A stretch of DNA of 64,000 nucleotides from Candidatus Omnitrophota bacterium (GCA_018817165.1 JAHITY010000062.1:26958-90957), one strand, 5' to 3'. Shown: positions 38,890 to 51,500, counted from the first letter of the stretch. Numbers and translations: made by a program. Notes: generated by a model not told the origin, from the sequence alone.

Positions 38890-40950
38890 ATGGACAAATA
38901 TTCTGGAACTACTGTTCGTAATGTGATTTTGGTGTCTCACTCCGGTGCGGGAAAAACATCGCTAGCAGATGCGATGCTGTTTTCTTGTGGACAGGTGAGC
39001 CGCCAGGGTAATGTCGATGAGGGGAATTCGGTCAGTGATTATGATGCATTGGAAGTCAATCATAAGATATCAATTAATGCGTCAATTTTACATTGTATAT
39101 CGGGTAATACCAAAATAAATATTATTGATGCTCCCGGTTATGCTGATTTTGTCACAGAACTGCGTAATGCGGTTCCAGCTTCTGATGCGGGGATTATTGT
39201 GATCAGCGCGGTTGATGGAATTGAAGTCGGGACACAAAGAGTTTGGCAGATATTGGCAAACAATAATGTTCCGCGGGCAATATTTATCAGTAAGATGGAG
39301 AAAGATAATGCTGATTTTTATAAAGTAATTGAAGAAATTAAAAATGAATTTGGAAAACAATGCACGCCATTATTTTTACCTATAGGATCGCAATCAGATT
39401 TTAAAGCTGTTGCTAATCTTTTGACCAAAGAAAAATGGGATGAACTCTCGCTTGAAGAACAGGCAAAGGCCGCAATGTTTCGCGAAGCGTTTATTGAGAG
39501 TGTTGCTGAAGCCGATGATGCTATGGTTGAAAAATATCTTAATGGCGAAGAATTAACCCATGAGGAAATCTGTAAATATTTTAAAATTGCTTTTAAACAA
39601 AATAAAGTCGTTCCGATTTTCTGCGGAAGCTCAGTAAAACAGCTGGGGGTCAAACAGCTGATTGAAAAAATAGTCAGTTATTTCCCATCGCCTGCTTGCT
39701 GGGAAACAATGCCGGCAACAGATCCGGAGACTGGTGAGAAAAAAGAAGTTTTAACCACTGAAGATCAGCCTTTTTCCGGATATATTTTTAAAACAGTATC
39801 GGATCCTTATGTTGGACAGTTAAGCATATTCAGAGTAGTGTCCGGAGTACTTAGCTCAAACACCGAATTCTTTAATGTGCAGGCAAATGCAGTAGAACGT
39901 ATCGGACAATTATATGTTTTGCAAGGCAAGGAACAGCTGCCAGTGGATGCTATTTTGGCCGGAGATATCGGAGCTGTGGCTAAGCTTAAAAATACGCATA
40001 CTAGTGATTCTATTTGTGATCCAAAAAGAAAATTAGTGTTTAATGTGAAAAAAGAAGCATCTCCGGCTATAGCTTTTTCTTTAAAACCAAAAACCCGACA
40101 AGATGAAGAGAAGATATCACATGCTTTGTCAAAAATGACAAGTGAGGATCAAGGGCTAAAAGTCAGCCGGGATCCGCAGACTAAGGAATTAATTCTTTCC
40201 GGTATGGGTAATATGCATCTGCAGCTTGCGATTGAACGTTTAAAAACAAAATATCATGTTGACGTTGAAGTCGGTACCCCAAAAGTCGCTTATAAAGAAA
40301 CAATAAAGAAATCAACTAAAATACATCATAAATATAAGAAGCAGTCTGGCGGACGTGGTCAATATGGTGATGTTTGGCTGGAAATCGCGCCTTTAGAAAG
40401 AGGTCAGGAATTTGAATTTTTGAATAAAGTTGTCGGCGGAGCAATCCCTAGGCAATATATTCCTTCGGTTGAAAAGGGTGTGAGAAGTAAAATGCTTCAA
40501 GGCGTATTAGCCGGGTATCCGTTGGTAGATATTCAGGTAACTGTTTATGACGGTTCTTATCATGATGTTGATTCTTCGGATATGGCTTTTCAAATCGCGG
40601 GAGGAATTGCTTTGAAAAAAGGGGTGTTAGAAGCCTCGCCGATATTACTAGAACCAGTGATGGAGGTTGAAATTGTTATTCCAGATGAATGTATGGGGGC
40701 AATAACCGGGGATCTTAGTTCCCGCCGAGGCAGAGTCCAAGGTATGGAGCAGGCCGGCAGGAATGAAAAAGTAAAGGCTCAGGTTCCTTTATCCGAAATG
40801 TTGCGTTACGCGACTGATCTGCGCTCAATGACTCAAGGCAGAGGATCATATACCATGACATTTTCTCATTATGATGAAGTGCCGCATAAGAATGCGGAAA
40901 AGATAATTTCCGAGGCAAAAATTGAGGACGATGAAGAGCATCATCATTAA
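38890..40950 (+). CDS. fusA: Elongation factor G paralogue (EF-G2-like)
   Basis: Full EF-G domain set (DAPGYADF, KKQSGGRGQYG, YHDVDSS, LRSMTQGRG), but G1 is SHSGAGKT and the gene is outside the str operon. Confidence 0.85.
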   Translation: MDKYSGTTVRNVILVSHSGAGKTSLADAMLFSCGQVSRQGNVDEGNSVSDYDALEVNHKISINASILHCISGNTKINIIDAPGYADFVTELRNAVPASDAGIIVISAVDGIEVGTQRVWQILANNNVPRAIFISKMEKDNADFYKVIEEIKNEFGKQCTPLFLPIGSQSDFKAVANLLTKEKWDELSLEEQAKAAMFREAFIESVAEADDAMVEKYLNGEELTHEEICKYFKIAFKQNKVVPIFCGSSVKQLGVKQLIEKIVSYFPSPACWETMPATDPETGEKKEVLTTEDQPFSGYIFKTVSDPYVGQLSIFRVVSGVLSSNTEFFNVQANAVERIGQLYVLQGKEQLPVDAILAGDIGAVAKLKNTHTSDSICDPKRKLVFNVKKEASPAIAFSLKPKTRQDEEKISHALSKMTSEDQGLKVSRDPQTKELILSGMGNMHLQLAIERLKTKYHVDVEVGTPKVAYKETIKKSTKIHHKYKKQSGGRGQYGDVWLEIAPLERGQEFEFLNKVVGGAIPRQYIPSVEKGVRSKMLQGVLAGYPLVDIQVTVYDGSYHDVDSSDMAFQIAGGIALKKGVLEASPILLEPVMEVEIVIPDECMGAITGDLSSRRGRVQGMEQAGRNEKVKAQVPLSEMLRYATDLRSMTQGRGSYTMTFSHYDEVPHKNAEKIISEAKIEDDEEHHH

Positions 40951-40970
40951 AACAATAGCTGTTAAGGTGG

Positions 40971-41372
40971 ATGTCTATGATTAAGCGAAAAACTGGGTTT
41001 ACTTTGATTGAAATAATCATGGCTTTAGCTATTCTGGGGATTGGGATAGTGTCGGTAATGGGCTATTTGCCAATTGCTTTAGACGCAGCTAAAAAAGCTT
41101 CTGATTTGACCCGGGCGTCGATGGTCGGGCAAAGAGTCTTAGAAGAAGTTAAATTAGCAGGATTAGATAATATTATTGGCGCTGACAGTTTACATACTGG
41201 AACCAACTTTCAAAGTGATCCTTTTCATAGTGAGTTTGAGTATAGGGTAATCGTTAATCCACTTTTAGCGGCAAATGCTAAGGATATAACCGTCATTGTA
41301 CGTTGGCAGTCTCGGGGAAATCTGATTACTGAAGAATTTGAAACTAGAATCCCGAAATATAATCCGCATTGA
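40971..41372 (+). CDS. Orphan minor pilin (PilV/GspI-like)
   Basis: KTG|FTLIEIIMALAILGIG prepilin motif; ITVIVRW. Confidence 0.8.
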   Translation: MSMIKRKTGFTLIEIIMALAILGIGIVSVMGYLPIALDAAKKASDLTRASMVGQRVLEEVKLAGLDNIIGADSLHTGTNFQSDPFHSEFEYRVIVNPLLAANAKDITVIVRWQSRGNLITEEFETRIPKYNPH

Positions 41373-41432
41373 TTATGTGTGTTTAATTTTTAGATATTAT
41401 TGAGTATTATTTAAAAAAAGGAGTTAAAGTTT

Positions 41433-42185
41433 ATGTCAGGACATTCAAAGTGGGCAAGTATAAAACATAAAAAAGCCGCGACTGATCAGAAAAGAGGTAA
41501 AGCGTTTACTAAGCTGATCAAAGAGATAACTGTAGGCGCGCGCGAAGGCGGCGGTGATCCGGACGCGAATCCACGTTTACGTTTGGCAATTCAAAAAGCT
41601 AAAGACGCGAACATGCCAAAGGACAATATCTCTAATGCGATTAAAAAAGGAACTGGTGAGTTGCCGGGGGTTGTTTATGAATCAATTTTGTATGAGGGGT
41701 ATGGTCCGGCTGGAGTAGCAATATTAGTTGATGTTTTAACTGATAATAAAAACCGCGCGGCAGCGGAAATTCGCAGCATTTTTACCAAGAGAAACGGTAA
41801 TATGGCTGGAGCGGGATCAGTTGCGTGGCAGTTTAAGCAAAAAGGAATAATTATTGTTGATAAAGATAAAAGTGATGAAGATAAATTAATGAATATTATC
41901 CTGGAAAACGGCGCTGATGATATGGTGGTAGAAGATACTTGCTTTGAGATCAGCGTGCAGTTAAAGGATTTTGAAACTGTGAAAAAAGCAATTGAAGACA
42001 ATGGAATCGCCATGACTCAAGCGGAGATAACCATGGTCCCGGATACAACTGTAAAGATAAATGAAAAAGCGGTGGCTCAGCAAGTCGTAAATTTAGTCAG
42101 TTTTCTGGAAGATTATGATGATGTTCAGAATGTTTATTCCAATTTTGATATTCCAGATGATATCCTAAATGAAATAGTAACTTAA
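41433..42185 (+). CDS. yebC: YebC/PmpR family protein
   Basis: MSGHSKWASIKHKK, YEGYGPAG, DDVQNVYSN. Confidence 0.96.
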   Translation: MSGHSKWASIKHKKAATDQKRGKAFTKLIKEITVGAREGGGDPDANPRLRLAIQKAKDANMPKDNISNAIKKGTGELPGVVYESILYEGYGPAGVAILVDVLTDNKNRAAAEIRSIFTKRNGNMAGAGSVAWQFKQKGIIIVDKDKSDEDKLMNIILENGADDMVVEDTCFEISVQLKDFETVKKAIEDNGIAMTQAEITMVPDTTVKINEKAVAQQVVNLVSFLEDYDDVQNVYSNFDIPDDILNEIVT

Positions 42186-42193
42186 GGATATCT

Positions 42194-42706
42194 ATGCGTG
42201 TTTTAGGTGTTGATCCTGGTTTGCGGTGTGTGGGATACGGAATTGTGGAAAGTAATAATACCGGATACTTTCCGAGTCAAGGGAGAAATAAAAATCTTAA
42301 ACTAATTGAAGCTGGGATTATCAGAACAACCGCGAAACAAGAGTTGCCTGTAAGACTTAAAAAAATATATGCTGGTTTATTAGAGGTGGTTGAAACTTAT
42401 CATCCTCAGGTTTTAGCTTTAGAGGAATTATTCTCTCATTATAAAAATCCTAAAACAGCAATAATGATGGCTCATGCCCGGGGAGTTATTTGTCTGATTG
42501 CTGCTCAGCAGAACATCCAGGTATTTGGCTATGCGCCAAAGAAAATTAAAAAAGCAATCACCGGTGCTGGTGCCGCGCAAAAAGCACAAGTCCAAAAAGT
42601 AATAAAAGAAATTCTCGGATTAAAAACAGTGCCTGAGCCGAATGACGTGGCTGATGCTTTGGCAATTGCCCTAACCCATATTAACATAAGTAGCAGGCAA
42701 ATATGA
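42194..42706 (+). CDS. ruvC: Holliday junction resolvase RuvC
   Basis: LGVDPG, ARGV, DVADALAIA. Confidence 0.95.
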   Translation: MRVLGVDPGLRCVGYGIVESNNTGYFPSQGRNKNLKLIEAGIIRTTAKQELPVRLKKIYAGLLEVVETYHPQVLALEELFSHYKNPKTAIMMAHARGVICLIAAQQNIQVFGYAPKKIKKAITGAGAAQKAQVQKVIKEILGLKTVPEPNDVADALAIALTHINISSRQI

Positions 42707-43323
42707 TTTGTAGAATAGCCGGTAAAATAGTGCAGCGTAAAGAAAGCTCTTTGATTATAAATGTCCAGGGCCTGGGATATGAAGTGTTTATTCCCAAAGG
42801 CGTGTTTATGTCTTTGCCATTGCAAAATGCAGAGTGTGAGTTGTTTACATTCCATTATTTGCAGACAGATCCCAGTAAAAGTTTTCCGATATTAATTGGG
42901 TTTGTAAATGAAATTGAAAAAGAATTCTTTGAAAAGTTTATCACGGTTTCGGGAATTGGTCCGAAAGCAGCAGTGCGCTGCTTGAGTGAACCGATAGCGC
43001 ATATTGCCCGGGCAATTGATGCGGGGGATGTGCTTTTTTTAAAATCATTGCCGGGAATCGGTACGCAAAGAGCTAGGGAAATAGTCGCTAAACTGCAGGG
43101 GAAGGTGGGAAAATTCAGTCTTATTCAGGTCTCGGGACAAGCTCAAATTGTGCCTGAGATTAAAACGGATCTTGAACAGGAAGCATTGACTGTCCTCTTA
43201 CAGCTACAGTATAAAAAACCAGAAGCAGAGCTTATGGTTAAAAAAGCAATGCAAAGGAATAATAATATTACTAATTCGGAAGAGCTATTAAATGAAGTCT
43301 ATAGACAAAAATCTAAACAATAA
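42703..43323 (+). CDS. ruvA: Holliday junction DNA-binding protein RuvA
   Basis: GLGYEV, VSGIGPKAA, PGIG HhH motifs. Confidence 0.93.
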   Translation: MICRIAGKIVQRKESSLIINVQGLGYEVFIPKGVFMSLPLQNAECELFTFHYLQTDPSKSFPILIGFVNEIEKEFFEKFITVSGIGPKAAVRCLSEPIAHIARAIDAGDVLFLKSLPGIGTQRAREIVAKLQGKVGKFSLIQVSGQAQIVPEIKTDLEQEALTVLLQLQYKKPEAELMVKKAMQRNNNITNSEELLNEVYRQKSKQ

Positions 43324-44371
43324 TAATGATTCAAAAATACTCAGGGAGCCTGTGCTGATTCAGCAGGAAACCGAAGAAGATCTTGTCCTGAATTTATCTT
43401 TACGGCCGATCAAATTTGCCGATTTTATTGGTCAGGATAAATTAAAAGAAAATCTGCTGATTGGGATTGAAGCCGCAAAAGCCAGACAAGAACCTTTGGA
43501 GCATCTTATCTGTGCTGGCCCTCCTGGTCTGGGAAAAACAACTTTGGCGCATATTGTGGCTCATGAAATGGGTACAAAAATTACCACAACATCTGGTCCA
43601 GCAATTGAGCGGGCTGGGGATTTGATCGGTATTCTGACTAATCTTGAACAGGGCGATATTTTATTTATTGATGAGATCCATCGCTTGTCTAAAGTTGTTG
43701 AAGAATTTCTTTATCCGGCAATGGAAGATTATAAAATTGATTTTATAATTGATAAAGGTCCATATGCTAAGACGATTCAATTTAATTTAAAACCATTTAC
43801 TTTAATTGGCGCGACCACTCGATCCGGTTTATTAACTGCTGCTTTACGCAGCCGTTTCGGGATGAATTATCATCTTGATTTTTATCCTTGGGAAGAACTG
43901 GTTAATATTGTTATAAAATCCGCGGAAAAGCTTAGTTTGCCGATTGATCAAGAAAGCGCGATTTTAATTGCCAAACGTTCTCGGGGCACTCCCCGGGTGG
44001 CTAATCGGCTTTTACGCCGCGTGCGGGATTATTGTCAGGTAAAAGCGCAAGGTAAGCTTACTCCTGAACTGACTGATGCAGCGCTTAATCTTCAGGGGAT
44101 TGATAATTTGGGGCTTGATGATATTGACCGGAGAGTTTTAAGCGTGATTATTGATACTTATGATGGCGGGCCAGTGGGAATTGAATCTTTGGCTGCTACT
44201 TTAAATGAAGAAAATGATACAATTGTTGATGTAGTTGAACCTTATTTATTAAAAATGGGTTTGCTTAAACGCTCGCCAAGAGGCAGGCAGGCAACGCAAT
44301 TGGCTTATCAGCATTTAAGCCGTAATCGGGTAAAGGATGAGCAAAAGGATATAATCAGCGATGAAGTCTAA
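43292..44371 (+). CDS. ruvB: Holliday junction branch migration helicase RuvB
   Basis: GPPGLGKTTLA, FIDEIHRL, RGTPRVANRLLRRVRD. Confidence 0.97.
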   Translation: MKSIDKNLNNNNDSKILREPVLIQQETEEDLVLNLSLRPIKFADFIGQDKLKENLLIGIEAAKARQEPLEHLICAGPPGLGKTTLAHIVAHEMGTKITTTSGPAIERAGDLIGILTNLEQGDILFIDEIHRLSKVVEEFLYPAMEDYKIDFIIDKGPYAKTIQFNLKPFTLIGATTRSGLLTAALRSRFGMNYHLDFYPWEELVNIVIKSAEKLSLPIDQESAILIAKRSRGTPRVANRLLRRVRDYCQVKAQGKLTPELTDAALNLQGIDNLGLDDIDRRVLSVIIDTYDGGPVGIESLAATLNEENDTIVDVVEPYLLKMGLLKRSPRGRQATQLAYQHLSRNRVKDEQKDIISDEV

Positions 44372-44927
44372 AACTATCTTACTGCATGTCTGTTGCGCTC
44401 CCTGTATGATCGTTCCTTTAGAACGCTTGAGAAAACAGAGTTTTCAAGTCAATGGGTTTTTTTATAATCCGAACATTGAGCCAAAAGAAGAACTAGAAAA
44501 ACGTAAAACAAATGTATTGGCTTATTCCAAGCGTAATGATTGCGCCATGTTTTTTGATCAAAACGAAAATAGTGAACAGTTTTTTGCTGCTTTTGCCGGA
44601 AAATTAGAAGGTCCTGAGCGTTGTCATACCTGTTGGTATTTTAGGCTTAAAAAAACTGCGGAACACGCTAAAAAAAATAATGCTGATTATTTTACTACAA
44701 CTTTATTGGTAAGTCCTTATCAGGATGGGGAGAAAATCCGGGAGATCGGAGAAAAAGCAGCCGCGGAAACAGGAGTTATGTTTCATTATGAAAATTTTAG
44801 CACTGGATATCAGCAAGCAGTACAGATTTCCCGCTTGGAAAATATGTATCGTCAAAAGTACTGCGGCTGCAAACTAAGTTTAGCGCAAAGACAGGCTGCT
44901 AAAAAAACAAGAATAAAGCCTAGCTAA
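44361..44927 (+). CDS. queH: Epoxyqueuosine reductase QueH (DUF208)
   Basis: LLHVCCAPC, FYNPNI, RCHTC, YRQKYCGC; adjacent to queA and tgt. Confidence 0.92.
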   Translation: MKSKTILLHVCCAPCMIVPLERLRKQSFQVNGFFYNPNIEPKEELEKRKTNVLAYSKRNDCAMFFDQNENSEQFFAAFAGKLEGPERCHTCWYFRLKKTAEHAKKNNADYFTTTLLVSPYQDGEKIREIGEKAAAETGVMFHYENFSTGYQQAVQISRLENMYRQKYCGCKLSLAQRQAAKKTRIKPS

Positions 44928-45967
44928 TGCAGATAAATGAATTTGACTATCATCTTCCGACAAAGCTTATTGCCCAGTATCCCGCCGAGCAGCGTGATCA
45001 ATCCCGACTTTTAATTGTGAATCGCAAAACTAATAAAATCACTCACAGTATGTTTAAAGATATTAGCAATATGTTTGAGCCGGGTGATGCTTTGGTTTTA
45101 AATGATACTAAAGTAAAGCCAGTGCGATTGATTGGAAAAATTCAGGAAAAAGAAATTGATATTCTCCTGGTTGAACGCCTAGAAAAAAATAAGTACTTGG
45201 TTTTTGCTAAACCCGGAAAAAAATTAAAAGATAAAATAAACATCAGCTTTGCTGATGGGCAATATACAGCGATTGTCGAGGATATAGAGCCAGCTAGAGA
45301 AAAAGGGATGAAGTGTATTAAGTTTCAGCTAGAGTTTGATATTGAAGCTGTTTTAGAAGAATTTGGAATGATGCCTTTGCCTCCATATATTAAACGCTGT
45401 GTAATGAATGCGGATAGTGCGAGATATCAAACTGTATATGCGAAAAATTCCGGAGCAATCGCTTCGCCAACTGCTGGGCTGCATTTCACTCAGGGAATAT
45501 TAGACCAGCTGCATAAGAAAAAGATAAATACAATCTATGTTACTTTGCATGTGGGACTGGGAACTTTTTTACCAGTTAAAGTGGATGATATTGAACAGCA
45601 TCAGATGCACAAAGAAGCTTATGACTTGACAAATTCAGCGGCGCAGGAAATTGAGGCGGTTAAAAAAGCAAAACATCGGATTTGCGCTGTGGGCACAACC
45701 GCCTGCCGCGTTTTGGAAAGCTGTGCTAATATTGATAATGGCTTTTCTATTGCCGCGGCAAAAGGCTCAACAGAAATTTTTATTTATCCGCCGTATAAGT
45801 TTAAAGCCGTTGATATGCTATTAACTAATTTTCATTTACCAAAAACAACTTTGCTGATGCTGATCAGTGCTTTTGCCGGTAAAGATCTGATCATGGAAGC
45901 CTATCGGCAGGCAGTAGAGCAGGAATATCGGTTTTTTAGCTATGGCGATGCCATGTTGATTATTTAG
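44927..45967 (+). CDS. queA: S-adenosylmethionine:tRNA ribosyltransferase-isomerase
   Basis: PLPPYI, YQTVYA, ASPTAGLHF, TNFHLPKTT, YRFFSYGDAM. Confidence 0.97.
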   Translation: MQINEFDYHLPTKLIAQYPAEQRDQSRLLIVNRKTNKITHSMFKDISNMFEPGDALVLNDTKVKPVRLIGKIQEKEIDILLVERLEKNKYLVFAKPGKKLKDKINISFADGQYTAIVEDIEPAREKGMKCIKFQLEFDIEAVLEEFGMMPLPPYIKRCVMNADSARYQTVYAKNSGAIASPTAGLHFTQGILDQLHKKKINTIYVTLHVGLGTFLPVKVDDIEQHQMHKEAYDLTNSAAQEIEAVKKAKHRICAVGTTACRVLESCANIDNGFSIAAAKGSTEIFIYPPYKFKAVDMLLTNFHLPKTTLLMLISAFAGKDLIMEAYRQAVEQEYRFFSYGDAMLII

Positions 45968-46058
45968 CGTATAGCGATTAGCGGATAGCGGTTAGGAGAA
46001 ATAGAAGACATCAAACCGAGGGATGAGGGACGATCGCTACGCTAGGAAGATGGACGAT
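45964..46058. repeat. Heptamer tandem arrays
   Basis: TTAGCGT-ATAGCGA-TTAGCGG-ATAGCGG-TTAG, followed by degenerate GAGGGAC/GATGGAC heptamers. Confidence 0.55.
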
Positions 46059-46104
46059 AAAGCAGAAAAAGACATTAGGTCTCATGGGGCCCTACGTCAT
46101 CAGG

Positions 46105-47449
<1,345 letters not shown>

Positions 47450-47469
47450 TAATTCATTCAATAAGAACA

Positions 47470-47498
47470 TTGACAATCTTTAATAAATCTTGTAAAAT
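47470..47498 (+). promoter_or_regulatory. Sigma-70 promoter of the H-NOX gene
   Basis: TTGACA, 17 nt, TAAAAT. Confidence 0.65.
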
Positions 47499-47552
47499 TA
47501 AAAAAGGGAATAAAACTTAATAACAGTAACATGCAAATCAAGGAGGAAAATT

Positions 47553-48074
47553 GTGAAGGGAGTAATTCCAAAATGTTTAGGAGAATTAGTTGTAAGTAAA
47601 TTTGGTAAAGACAGATGGAAAAAAATTTTATCAGAATCCGGGCTTAGTGAGAATACTCTGTTTATGGCTGTACAGGATATTGATGATGGGGCTGTAATAA
47701 AAGTTATTGAAAATACATGCAAAATATTAAATATTACTTTAATTCAGGCCGCTGATGCTTTTGGTGAATATTGGGTCTGTGAATTCGCGCCTAAACTTTA
47801 TTCAGGGTATTATAAAAATAAAACAACTACAAAAGATTTTCTTGCAGCTATGGATGAAGTGCATCAAAAAACAACGATAAACATTCCCGGGGCTCATCCT
47901 CCGCGCTTTGAGTATGAATGGACATCTGAGGATACACTCATAATGCATTATAAATCATCAAGAGGTTTAATTGATTTCTTGGTGGGTTTAGTTAAGGGGG
48001 TTGTTAAATATTTTAAAGAAAATCATAAAGTGACAAAATTAAGCGATACTAAAGTGCAGATTGTGTTTAAATAA
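47553..48074 (+). CDS. Stand-alone heme NO-binding (H-NOX/HNOB) protein
   Basis: MKGVI N-terminus, proximal His (MDEVH), PPRF proline and YxSxR (YKSSR) heme motif. Confidence 0.88.
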   Translation: MKGVIPKCLGELVVSKFGKDRWKKILSESGLSENTLFMAVQDIDDGAVIKVIENTCKILNITLIQAADAFGEYWVCEFAPKLYSGYYKNKTTTKDFLAAMDEVHQKTTINIPGAHPPRFEYEWTSEDTLIMHYKSSRGLIDFLVGLVKGVVKYFKENHKVTKLSDTKVQIVFK

Positions 48075-48124
48075 GCAATGTGTTAAATAAATATTTGTAG
48101 ATTTAGTTGTGCGGTAAAATAATA

Positions 48125-48177
48125 AATAGGGGAAGTTTTTAAGTTATCTTAACTTAAGACTTCTCCTGTTTTTTTTT
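48125..48177 (+). terminator. Intrinsic terminator after H-NOX
   Basis: ATAGGGGAAGTTTTTAAG...CTTAAGACTTCTCCTGT followed by a long T-tract. Confidence 0.75.
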
Positions 48178-48516
48178 AAAATATATTATTTGTTCGGTTG
48201 CGTATATAAGGGGGCATCAAATAATTATTTCTTAAAAAAATCAAAAATGAATAATTAAATCACGCATTTTAATAATATTTTAGCTCGTCTTTTTTGTAGA
48301 TTGCTTAATTATTAGTTTGAAAAATCCTGATTTAAAACCGCTAATTTGTTAAGGATCCTAAATTATTAAACTTAAAAATTTAAAATATTTATTGTTTTAT
48401 CGTATCTTGTTTGAATCCAATTAGTTGTGAGTGTGGGTATATTTGCAATATAGTTTTATTTGTGGTAGACTTTACAGTTCATATATATTGTCTAAAACTA
48501 TTGGGAAAACTAAGTA

Positions 48517-51500
48517 ATGAAATTTTTTAATAAAAAATCAATTCAATTAAAAATTATTGCTTTGCTATTATTAAATAGCTTTTCTGGAATTAATAGCAGC
48601 AATGCTTTTGACTTTAAAATAGAGCATAATTCTCAGCAACATTGTCTTGCTCCTGTGCTCCAGCTTGACAACTCAATCTTTTCTAAGCTTCTTATTGATT
48701 ATAATCGTGAAGTATTAAGTATCCTGCATACCATGAAGTATGCGCCTCAGCTTGCCCTAGGTAATGACCGGGTGATCGGGGCTGCCATACAAAAAAATTC
48801 AAACCAAGAAGATCCCGAATACTGGCTGATGCTTTCTCATCGCGGTTCTCCCATGGCTGCGGATATTAATTTTCTCCCAGACAATCTTGAGCAAAAAGGT
48901 AATGGTCTAGGCGTATTTAATCCTGATCAAGATGATTATGTTTATGAGCTTGTCGAATTTTTTGATAATAATCAATCGGATATTAATTCAATTATTAATC
49001 CCAAACGCATGTTGGTAACCGGGCGTTCTTTGCGGGTATTGGGAATGGGTTTTTATCAGCCTTTGCCGATTTCAGTAACAAAGATATACAAATTTAGAAA
49101 AGTAGCCGCGCAAATTCCTAGTCAAGATAAAGCTGATTATAATGTATTGTTAAAATACTCATTATTAAATTATAAACGGTTTGCTCCCCAATACCGGATG
49201 GAGAACAGTTTTATCGCTAGAGAAATAATTAAAGCACTTAATGCCGGCAGTGTTGAATTTACGGGATTATTTTACGCTTTATCTGAAATGATTGATGACG
49301 ATCAGAAAATTGACTTTAGTGAATTAAGCCGCATATTTAGTGATATTATTTTTTATGGTGATCAGCAGTTAAAAGATAATGCCCAAAAAATTTTGATTGA
49401 TATTGCGATTGCTGGGCAAATCAAAGAAATTTCAGTCCATGGTTTAGCCAAAGCTTCAATTGTTGGCGCGCGTTCTAGTGAAAACGCGATTAAGCTCTTA
49501 CGCAGTTCGACTGTGGGTGAAATAGTGCTTACTTCTCCGGAAAGTTTATGGAGTACTGGAACAGGAGGAATGGCTTTGTATGTTTCTGATCTGGCCAAAG
49601 AACTCGCGGCCTTGGGAATCCCGGTCACTGTTATTGTCCCATTGTTTAATGAACCTATTCGAAAAAAAGAGATTTTTCAATCATATAATTTGCATGATAC
49701 AGGCCGAGGGATAAATTTAAACTTCGGTAGGGCGGGGGATGAAACCGCGCATGCAAAAATTTACGAAGCTAATCAGGAGGGGGTAAGAATATTATATTTG
49801 GAGAATGATAAGTATTTTAATCTGCTAAAAGGTTCTGATGGCGGAGATAATGCTTACAATGGATCAGTTAGTTTTCGCTTGCGGTTTGCCCGGATGCTTT
49901 CCTTAGGAACTTTGTTGGCAATCCGGGAAATGAATATTCATCCTCGAATTATTCAGACCAATGATTGGACAACTGCTTACTTAAAAGCTTATTTAGAAGG
50001 CAGAGAGCGGATTGATCCAAGTCTTGAAGGCTTACGCTTTGATCCTCATTTGCAGTCAACAAAAGTTTTAAGCATATTGCATAATTCACATGCTTATTAT
50101 CAAGGGAATATGTGGGTTCCTGATTTAGCGCAGAGAGATAAGCACATTTGGGATGATCTGGGATTTAATCCGGAAAAAGACACGGATATTCTTGTTTTGG
50201 GCCATGATCATACCCAGCATGATCATAATCCTGTTTTAAGAGCCAGAGCGTGGCTGGATATTAATCCGACTTATACTGCGGTCAGAACAGGAGATAATAT
50301 TATAGATGTAAGTGAAGGTCATCGAGATCGAAGTATTAATCCTGTTTATGCTCCGGAATTCGGATATCTTGATGGCGTTTTGGGCTGGAAAGCGAGTATT
50401 GGCGATTTTTATGGCCAGGCTAATGGTTTTGGCTTAGCGCAAAGGCAGCGCGATTTTTTAAGTAAAATGCTGATTGCTAATAAAGAATCCAAAGTATCAA
50501 TTAAAGACATGGCTGTTAATATTAGCAAAAAGAATTCCCAGAGTAAAATTGAAGAGGGGTATATTAATTGGCTGTCAAATCCTGAATCAATGTTGAGAGG
50601 TTTTTATGGCATTAGCTCAGACCAGGAAAAATCATGGCTGAATAAGTTGTGCAATGATTTAAAACCGCAAGACAAATCAATGGCTGAATTTAAGTTGGAG
50701 ATGCGCAAGCTTTTAGAAGCAGAATTGCTGCAAAAAACCACAAAGCTACTGCGTTCAAATATCTATATTGCTTTAGAAGATAAAAATTATTTTAAACATG
50801 ACTTGGAATATAGAAAAATGCTTCAGGATTTTCTTGATAAACCAGAACAGTCGATCAAGAGTTTTTTTGATATAGGCCATGAATCAGAGCGGAGGAGATT
50901 GGCAAATTTTCATTTTGAGTTTATCAAACCTTTACAAAAATCAATATTGCAGAATATTTTTGGCATAGAAAAAGATGAACAAAAATTTACTTATTCCATG
51001 CTTCACCGTGTTGGAGAACAAAAAGGGCATCAATTATTAACTGCAGAAATCTGGAATAGCCATAATCCCGGATCGCTTAAGGCTATAAAGGGAACAATTT
51101 TCTATGATAAGATTGAGAGTCATGATTATGAAATAGGCTTAAGTCTGGAAGATCAAAATAAATTATCTGATTTTGCCAATAAACATAATTTGATTAATTT
51201 GCGGGCCATGGAAGTGGCAATGATTTTAAATCATGATGTGCAATTTGTTATAGTTGGCTCAGCTGATGGTGATTTAGATAAAGCCTTTCAGGAAACATAT
51301 AAAATATTTAAACATACAAAACAATTTGCTTATTTGCCGGAATTTATCTCCATTAACAGTGCTTTGTATGATTTGATTTATTCAGGCTCAGATCGTTTTG
51401 GCATGCCTTCTTGGTATGAACCAGGCGGATTATCTAATCAAGAAGCGGCAGGATATGGTACCCCGCGGCATCTTACTCGGAGAGACGGATTACTTGACGG

